This document shows, one piece after another, positions 57,871 to 64,000 of a DNA stretch of 64,000 nucleotides. The first letter of the stretch is position 1; each line of letters starts with the position of its first letter. The DNA comes from a virus (lineage: Duplodnaviria > Caudoviricetes): IMG/VR virus record IMGVR_UViG_3300031673_000001; one strand, 5' to 3'. Both the position numbers and the translations under genes were made by a program. The notes below the pieces were generated by a model. The model did no database searches, was not told where the DNA came from, and saw only the letters and a list, made by a program, of their open reading frames with translations.

Positions 57871-58599
57871 ATGAAAATAAATTTAAACTTAGACTTAATT
57901 ATAAAAGAGGTTTATATTTATGATATTCAATCATGCCATTATACACTTATGAAAATGAATGGATATGATTTAGAAGATATAGATCCAAATGATAAATTAG
58001 CTAGAAATATTGCAATTGGAAAAATGATGCAAAAAAATCCAAGACTTACAGAATTTTTAAGAGCAACAACAATATCATTAATTGATGAATATATAACAGC
58101 AAATGAAATTGAGGAAGATGATATTGTAATTAGACAATATGATGGTTTATTGCTTACTAAACTTCTACACAAAAATAACATACAGGAGATTCCTTTAAAT
58201 CTAAGAAAAACTTTTGACGTATTTATTTCATCCATAAAAAGAGATATGTATATTGCAATTGATACAATGAAACAACCTTCAATTAAAGGAGTTCCTTTTA
58301 GATATCCCCATATGGATCAAATTTATAAAAGAATATGTCAGTTAAATTTTTTTAATAAACCAGAATTATTTAAAGGATTGGAAAAAATAAAAAGATTGAT
58401 TCTTGATTCAAATGATATAAATTTATTTGTTATTCCTATAAAAAGCAATAAATTAAGCATTTTTATGTTACGATATGGAGAAATGGAAATATCACCAGGA
58501 ACAGTAAAGTTAATTGATACAGATGAAATTGATAAACGTAGATATTTTGATATCTATATATCACCATTTACAAAAAGTATCGTTTCACAATATGCCTAG
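57871..58599 (+). CDS. hypothetical protein with polymerase-palm-like motifs
   Basis: YDIQSCH and RQYDGLL; palm assignment is inference. Confidence 0.45.
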   Translation: MKINLNLDLIIKEVYIYDIQSCHYTLMKMNGYDLEDIDPNDKLARNIAIGKMMQKNPRLTEFLRATTISLIDEYITANEIEEDDIVIRQYDGLLLTKLLHKNNIQEIPLNLRKTFDVFISSIKRDMYIAIDTMKQPSIKGVPFRYPHMDQIYKRICQLNFFNKPELFKGLEKIKRLILDSNDINLFVIPIKSNKLSIFMLRYGEMEISPGTVKLIDTDEIDKRRYFDIYISPFTKSIVSQYA

Positions 58600-58607
58600 G
58601 AGGTTAT

Positions 58608-59249
58608 ATGAAATTTATGAAGTTATTGAATATTGCAGCGGGTAAAATGCCATATCTTCCAGACATTGTTGGAGATTCAAAATCTTTATTCGTTGTTAAC
58701 CTAGATACAATGTATTATAATCATACTTTAACAGAAACTATCGAACAAACATATCATCAAATAAATGATATCCAGATATATGATGAGACAAGTAATATTA
58801 ACGCATATAATCAAAATAGAGTATTCTACTGTAAAGAGGATGTATTTCAGTTTCTAGAAAGAACTCAAATGGAATTTGACGTAGTTACCATTTATAGATT
58901 TCTTGAGCATGTTTCCTTTACACAGATTTTATATTTTATATATCTAGTTTCAGGGGTTGTTCATAAAGGTGGAATTGTTGACGTTATTGTTCCAAATTAT
59001 AAAATCCTGGCAAGCATGTTGATTCAAGAACATCCGAAAAGTAAATCTTTTGAACAAGATAACATCTTATTAACAACAGAATTATTAAATGAACCATCAT
59101 GCCCACATGTTTCGATATGGACTCCTGAAAGAGCTAAATATTTTTGGGAATTAGAAAAAAGATTTTTCGTTGCATCTGCTAATACCAAATCTAGATTTGA
59201 ATATGATGGAAGAGATATATACCTTAGATTTCAAGCGGAGAGAATATGA
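58608..59249 (+). CDS. class I SAM-dependent methyltransferase-like protein
   Basis: LLNIAAG, FDVVT..RFLEHV, GGIV.V.VPN, H...WT. Confidence 0.7.
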   Translation: MKFMKLLNIAAGKMPYLPDIVGDSKSLFVVNLDTMYYNHTLTETIEQTYHQINDIQIYDETSNINAYNQNRVFYCKEDVFQFLERTQMEFDVVTIYRFLEHVSFTQILYFIYLVSGVVHKGGIVDVIVPNYKILASMLIQEHPKSKSFEQDNILLTTELLNEPSCPHVSIWTPERAKYFWELEKRFFVASANTKSRFEYDGRDIYLRFQAERI

Positions 59250-59557
59250 AACATTCTCATAATTTAATTGCTAACAGAAATGATACTTTACGTATGAATA
59301 TGTATATGTCAGATTATGTTATTGCATTAACAAGAACTCGTGAAAAACCAAATGAAAGATTTGTTAAAGTGTTAAAAAATAGAAACTCAGGAAAAACAGG
59401 AAGAGCAGATCCTCAATTAACAATTGATCTCTGCTGTCATATGATTACTATGTCTATTTTTGGAGACACTTCAATGAAGCTATTTCGAGTAGAATTAGAA
59501 GAACTAATAAAAGAAACAATAATAAAAAAGTTAGGAGACGCTCATGACCCCTTTTAG
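59246..59557 (+). CDS. hypothetical protein
   Basis: 103 aa. Confidence 0.55.
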   Translation: MKHSHNLIANRNDTLRMNMYMSDYVIALTRTREKPNERFVKVLKNRNSGKTGRADPQLTIDLCCHMITMSIFGDTSMKLFRVELEELIKETIIKKLGDAHDPF

Positions 59558-60473
59558 CGAAAGAGCACAGACGATGGGACTTGATGTTTCATGCGCCCAT
59601 AAAGGTTTATTCTCATATGAAGATCGATATTCTAAAATAGCATATAGATCATTAATTTCTGCAGAAGTTTATTCAGAGGATGAATATCAAAGACATCCAA
59701 CCGATGGACTACCATCTCCTATCATTGGAATATGGACAGCAGCTCCAGATAACGATGAGTATGTATATGCTGGATATGTTTCACAAATGTATAAATTTGT
59801 TGGAAATGCATCGTTAACTGATAGAGTTCGAGAATCATTATTAGGAATTGGAAGTCCTGTATTAACTATTAATACTTTTACTGATGCTTATCTAACTTCC
59901 ATGAGAGAAGAAATTATTTTACAAAGTAGTTTAAGTTCACAGCAGATTGGAGATATCCATCCTGTTATGATTATTGGAAATAGTTATAATGGTGAAAGAT
60001 CAGCTTCTGTTGGTTTTGGTATTGCTGTTGATGGAGGAGAAACTATCGGAAATACTGTATTTTGTTTCTCATTAGGTGAGATGAAGATGATTCATGTTGA
60101 AAGTTCAAATACAACATTAACATCGGGAATCAATCAGTATCTTGAAGTATTTAATAACAATATAGTTGAGATGATAGATACAACTTTTCAGACACAACTA
60201 ACACAAGAACAAATGTTTGCTACTCTAGATATTATTGAAAAATATGGAAAAAGAAGAGTGGCCAAGATAACTGATATATTAACAACTCTGCAACCAGCGC
60301 CAGTAGAAGGTCAACCCCCACCATTACCAAGTGCATGGAATGTCTTTTTAGCTATTACAAGATACTGTGCCCTTGAACCAAATTTAAATATAAAAAGATT
60401 ACTGGAAAATATTGCAGAAAGTGTGCTAATCGTTCCAACCAGAATGTTTGAAGTATTGGATAAACTACAATGA
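59544..60473 (+). CDS. DUF932-like protein
   Basis: IIGNSYNG.RS..VGFG resembles the DUF932 NSxDG motif; tentative. Confidence 0.45.
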   Translation: MTPFSERAQTMGLDVSCAHKGLFSYEDRYSKIAYRSLISAEVYSEDEYQRHPTDGLPSPIIGIWTAAPDNDEYVYAGYVSQMYKFVGNASLTDRVRESLLGIGSPVLTINTFTDAYLTSMREEIILQSSLSSQQIGDIHPVMIIGNSYNGERSASVGFGIAVDGGETIGNTVFCFSLGEMKMIHVESSNTTLTSGINQYLEVFNNNIVEMIDTTFQTQLTQEQMFATLDIIEKYGKRRVAKITDILTTLQPAPVEGQPPPLPSAWNVFLAITRYCALEPNLNIKRLLENIAESVLIVPTRMFEVLDKLQ

Positions 60474-60580
60474 TTATAAAAATATTATTTGTAATAGGTT
60501 ATATGCTATTTTGTTGCATTTGTTTAATAATAGCAAATCATGGAAATCCAAAATTAGATATAGAATAAGTTATATCATTT

Positions 60581-60650
60581 AGGCGGGGAATAAGGATGTA
60601 TGCTTCGGACCTTTAAGGGACAAGCGAGTGCCATTATTCCCCGTCTTTTT
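60581..60650 (+). terminator. long-loop stem followed by T run (terminator or structured RNA)
   Basis: AGGCGGGGAATAA/TTATTCCCCGTCT enclosing 40 nt, then T run. Confidence 0.55.
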
Positions 60651-60685
60651 TTTGGAACAAAATATAAAAGAAGGGGTGTCTGTCT

Positions 60686-61921
60686 ATGGCAACAAGATTT
60701 TGGTCACCGTCAAGAACATATGAGTTTGAAGTAAAAGTGGTAGATAGAGATCTCACTCCCGATTTATATAAATTGACCATTTTAACTTCAATAGATTTCC
60801 CATATCAAACATTTGTATTAGAATTCTTACTTGATCCAGATGATTTGGTACTTGAGAAAATATATGGTCAACAAGAAATTAAACTAACAGCAAAGTTAAT
60901 GGCAACAGCTCCTGATCTTGTAAATGATCAAATTGATTTTACTCTAATGTACTTATCAGGAAATATACCATTACACATAAAAAATACAATACAAAATCAA
61001 ACTGAAGTTAAAAAAGTACCAATTGTAATAACCACAGTTTCTCGAAAATCATTTATTACAATGTCAACTTATGTTAATGACGTATTTGAGAATACTACTA
61101 TTGAATCAGTTATTTCAAATTTAGTCTCTAAAGCAAAAGGTGAATTAAAACAGGATATTGTTGGAAAAAATATTGAAAAAATAGATCAAATTATTATTCC
61201 TCCCACAACTCTTTATCAAGCATTAAAATATTTAAATAAAACTTTTGGTGTATTCAATGGGTGGATGGCATTATGGTGTTTATATGATAATAAAGTTTAT
61301 ATAAAAAATTTAACATCAAAAATGAAATCATCCTACTTATTTTCAATATATCAGTTCGCATCTAATGTTGATAATAATGAACTTACAACAGTATTGGATG
61401 AAATTGTTTATTATACAAAATATGATATTAAAACTTCATATAATGGTAATGCCAAATTTGCTGTTTTTGCTCCAACTATGAAACACATTGTTAAACCAAA
61501 AGATAAATTAAGTGAAACATTAACAATTCATCTAGAAAATTTTTGCAAAACATACGGTTTGATATCCCAAAAGAATAAAATCTTTTTAGATAATTTAGCT
61601 ATGACTAAATCTAACAGGCAAAGAGTTTATAAAGATCATACAGGATATGAGAAAAATCAGTCTTTTATTAATTCCAATATGGCAGAAGAAATTGGAGATC
61701 TCGCGCAGATTGAAGTTAAACTAGAACGTTTTTTAAAAATAAAAAATCTTATGAATGTTGGTGAAGCAGTAAAATTTATCTCAAAAATTGATGATTATAA
61801 AGATTTAACTGGACTTTATATTCTTAGGTCATCCGAGTTAAACTTTATTAAGGCAAAAGATTGGGAATCTTCTGCAAATTTAAAGTTAATGAGAACAAAT
61901 AGAATCATAGCAAAAGGTTAA
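60686..61921 (+). CDS. probable baseplate hub/tail protein
   Basis: 411 aa beta-rich, next to terminase; structural role is inference. Confidence 0.4.
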   Translation: MATRFWSPSRTYEFEVKVVDRDLTPDLYKLTILTSIDFPYQTFVLEFLLDPDDLVLEKIYGQQEIKLTAKLMATAPDLVNDQIDFTLMYLSGNIPLHIKNTIQNQTEVKKVPIVITTVSRKSFITMSTYVNDVFENTTIESVISNLVSKAKGELKQDIVGKNIEKIDQIIIPPTTLYQALKYLNKTFGVFNGWMALWCLYDNKVYIKNLTSKMKSSYLFSIYQFASNVDNNELTTVLDEIVYYTKYDIKTSYNGNAKFAVFAPTMKHIVKPKDKLSETLTIHLENFCKTYGLISQKNKIFLDNLAMTKSNRQRVYKDHTGYEKNQSFINSNMAEEIGDLAQIEVKLERFLKIKNLMNVGEAVKFISKIDDYKDLTGLYILRSSELNFIKAKDWESSANLKLMRTNRIIAKG

Positions 61922-61951
61922 AAACATAGAACAAACACCAAAAGGAGTTAT

Positions 61952-63601
61952 ATGTCTGTTCACATTTCAAAGTTAGCTCAAAAATATGTAGAAGAGTTTA
62001 TTAAATGTAAAGCATCATTTGATTACTACTGTAGAAACTACGTTCTAATTGAGCTACCAGGTAGAGATGAAAAATTAATTCCTTATAGAAAACAAACTGA
62101 ATTAATTGATTTAATTGAAAGTCAACATTATGTTCTTGTATTAAAGAGTAGGCAGATTGGAATCTCAACAATTATTCAAGCATATTCTTCTTGGTTAACC
62201 ATATTTTTTGATAATGTTGTAATAGGAATTATTTCAAAAGATGGAAAAGAAGCAACCGATTTTGCTAGAGCTGTTAGAGGAATTATAGAAAAACTTCCAG
62301 ATTGGATGAAACCATTAAAGGGTATTTTAGGGAGAGGATTTGCAAAAAGAACTGAACAATCATTTATTTTAACAAATGGTAGTAAAGTTTTTGCTTCACC
62401 AGTAAATCCAAATGCTCCAGAAAAGACACTTCGTGGAAAAGCAATTACATTTTTAGTTATCGACGAAGCAGCATTTGTTCATTATGTTGATACTGCTTGG
62501 ACTTCTATGGTACCAGCTCTTTCAACAAATCAGATGCAAGCTCGTAAAGCTAATATTCCATTTGGAACAATTGTTTTATCAACCCCAAATAAAACCATCG
62601 GTGTTGGGCAATGGTATTTTGAAAGATATTTAAAATCAATATCTGGAGATGATATATTCAAACCATTCGTTATTCATTGGAAAATGATTCCTGAACTTGC
62701 TGAAGATACTGAATGGTATAGTATGCAATGTAGATTATTCGATTATGATAAAAAGAAAATAGCTCAAGAGTTAGAATTAAAATTTCTGCCAGCAGAAGGA
62801 TCATTTTTTGAAGCTGATACAGTTGAAAAAATGCAAGACAGCTCTATGGTTCCATTACAAAAAATTAAGTTATATAATGGAGAAATATGGCAATTTTCGC
62901 CATCAATACCTGGAACAACTTATATTATAGGAGTTGATACAGCACCAGAACATGGTACAGATAAATCAGCTATCACAGTTTGGGACTATACAACATTAGA
63001 ACAGGTATGGGAGTATCAAGGTAAATGTAAGGTATTAGATTTTGTAAATGTTGTCAAGGTAGCTGCTACAACATATAAAAATTCTGTTATAGTTGTAGAA
63101 TCAAACTCATATGGAAATCAAGTTGTAGAACATTTAAATGCAAGCGAATATTCTACACAATTGTATAAAGAGAAACGTGGAAAGAATACTTTAGTTCCAG
63201 GTCTATCAACCAATTCTAAAACGAGACCATTGATGATTGATGCACTATATTCTTATATGACTCAATATCCAGAATCTGTAAAATCAGAAAGATTAGCACT
63301 AGAGTTAACAGGACTTGTTTCTAAATCTAGTGGAAAGGTTGAAGCTGATACCGGGTGTACTGATGATATAGCATTATCAGCAGCTTTATGCTTTTATGTT
63401 AGAAAATACGATCCACCTCTAGCATTACAAATGAACTTGATAGATGGTTCAATGATAACAAATGATTTAAAAGATGTTCTCGGTTATAACGTTGGTCTTT
63501 CTGATGTTGAATTTACTGATCAAAGCATTATGAGATATGTTAAAAATAAACCAGAAGAAAATTTAGGGTATATAGATACAATAAGTTTCTTCAAGGGATG
63601 A
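61952..63601 (+). CDS. terL: terminase large subunit (T4 gp17-like)
   Basis: LKSRQIGIST Walker A, LVIDEAAF Walker B, LSTP, IGVDTA, DDIAL. Confidence 0.92.
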   Translation: MSVHISKLAQKYVEEFIKCKASFDYYCRNYVLIELPGRDEKLIPYRKQTELIDLIESQHYVLVLKSRQIGISTIIQAYSSWLTIFFDNVVIGIISKDGKEATDFARAVRGIIEKLPDWMKPLKGILGRGFAKRTEQSFILTNGSKVFASPVNPNAPEKTLRGKAITFLVIDEAAFVHYVDTAWTSMVPALSTNQMQARKANIPFGTIVLSTPNKTIGVGQWYFERYLKSISGDDIFKPFVIHWKMIPELAEDTEWYSMQCRLFDYDKKKIAQELELKFLPAEGSFFEADTVEKMQDSSMVPLQKIKLYNGEIWQFSPSIPGTTYIIGVDTAPEHGTDKSAITVWDYTTLEQVWEYQGKCKVLDFVNVVKVAATTYKNSVIVVESNSYGNQVVEHLNASEYSTQLYKEKRGKNTLVPGLSTNSKTRPLMIDALYSYMTQYPESVKSERLALELTGLVSKSSGKVEADTGCTDDIALSAALCFYVRKYDPPLALQMNLIDGSMITNDLKDVLGYNVGLSDVEFTDQSIMRYVKNKPEENLGYIDTISFFKG

Positions 63602-63604
63602 AAA

Positions 63605-64000
63605 ATGACTAAAAATATATATGAACTATTTGCACCTCCTGTTGGACTTAAATTAGTTAATACCATTGATGGAATGGAATTATATTCATCATCAAAATTA
63701 ATGAAGAATTTTTTATTAGCTTTTGAAAAGTCCAGTAGAGGAAGTGATAAGGTTAAAATAATTGATAAATTATTAAGCAAAGGATTGATAGTTCCTTGCT
63801 TTAAATCAAAAGGAATTTTTCCTTTTCTAAAATATAAATTATTTGGAAATGAAGATTCCAAATCAATCCTTGGAATGTATCATCTAGAAACAAAAAGAGT
63901 TTATATTATAATTGATAATAGTTCAACAATCTTTGGAACATCCTCTAATGACGAGTTAGTATCTACAACTCTACATGAAGCAATGCATTTAGCAGCAGGA
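63605..64000 (+). CDS. partial HExxH (zincin-like) protein, runs off window
   Basis: open frame MTKNIYELF...LGMY...TLHEAMHLAAG read manually. Confidence 0.65.
   Translation, partial: MTKNIYELFAPPVGLKLVNTIDGMELYSSSKLMKNFLLAFEKSSRGSDKVKIIDKLLSKGLIVPCFKSKGIFPFLKYKLFGNEDSKSILGMYHLETKRVYIIIDNSSTIFGTSSNDELVSTTLHEAMHLAAG

Noticed and set aside
59246-59557. DnaB helicase fragment (KVLKNRNSGKTG)
   Set aside because: Only one short motif resembles the DnaB C-terminus; no Walker motifs
622-63861. Minus-strand and nested ORFs in the track (e.g. 18286-18783, 45010-45315, 57939-58235, 63520-63861, 27258-27515)
   Set aside because: Shadows of long conserved + strand genes with low-complexity translations and no RBS or motifs
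1-64000. Stop-codon reassignment
   Set aside because: Long conserved genes are intact in code 11 and TAA, TAG and TGA all end genes at expected positions

Overview
AT-rich segment of a jumbo myovirus-like phage genome (host unknown). All credible genes are on the + strand, densely packed, in standard genetic code. It carries baseplate, lysis and terminase genes, two complete unsplit multi-subunit RNA polymerase beta'/beta pairs, a type IIA topoisomerase, SbcCD, an SF2 helicase, queD/folE2, an HldE-type heptose kinase and a MoxR/vWA pair. Two systems stand out. (1) At 21.7-25 kb, an array of seven tandem stem-loop ncRNAs shares a GAC..TTTCAGA motif; one carries tRNA D/anticodon/T arms and one ends in an acceptor-like stem plus CCA. 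The array sits directly upstream of a Ro60/TROVE-like vWA protein and an ARPP-1-like protein, suggesting a phage Ro60/Y-RNA-like system of unusual architecture. (2) At 41.5-48.5 kb, a ubiquitin-like conjugation cassette has two E2-like genes, a JAB protease, two E1-like genes and a Ubl. Other signals are a pseudoknotted structured intergenic RNA at 7.5-7.8 kb, two recurring promoter-like motifs, and a chimeric rpoB/rpoC junction recording gene-cassette accretion. All family assignments come from motif recognition by eye; no database searches or folding programs were run.
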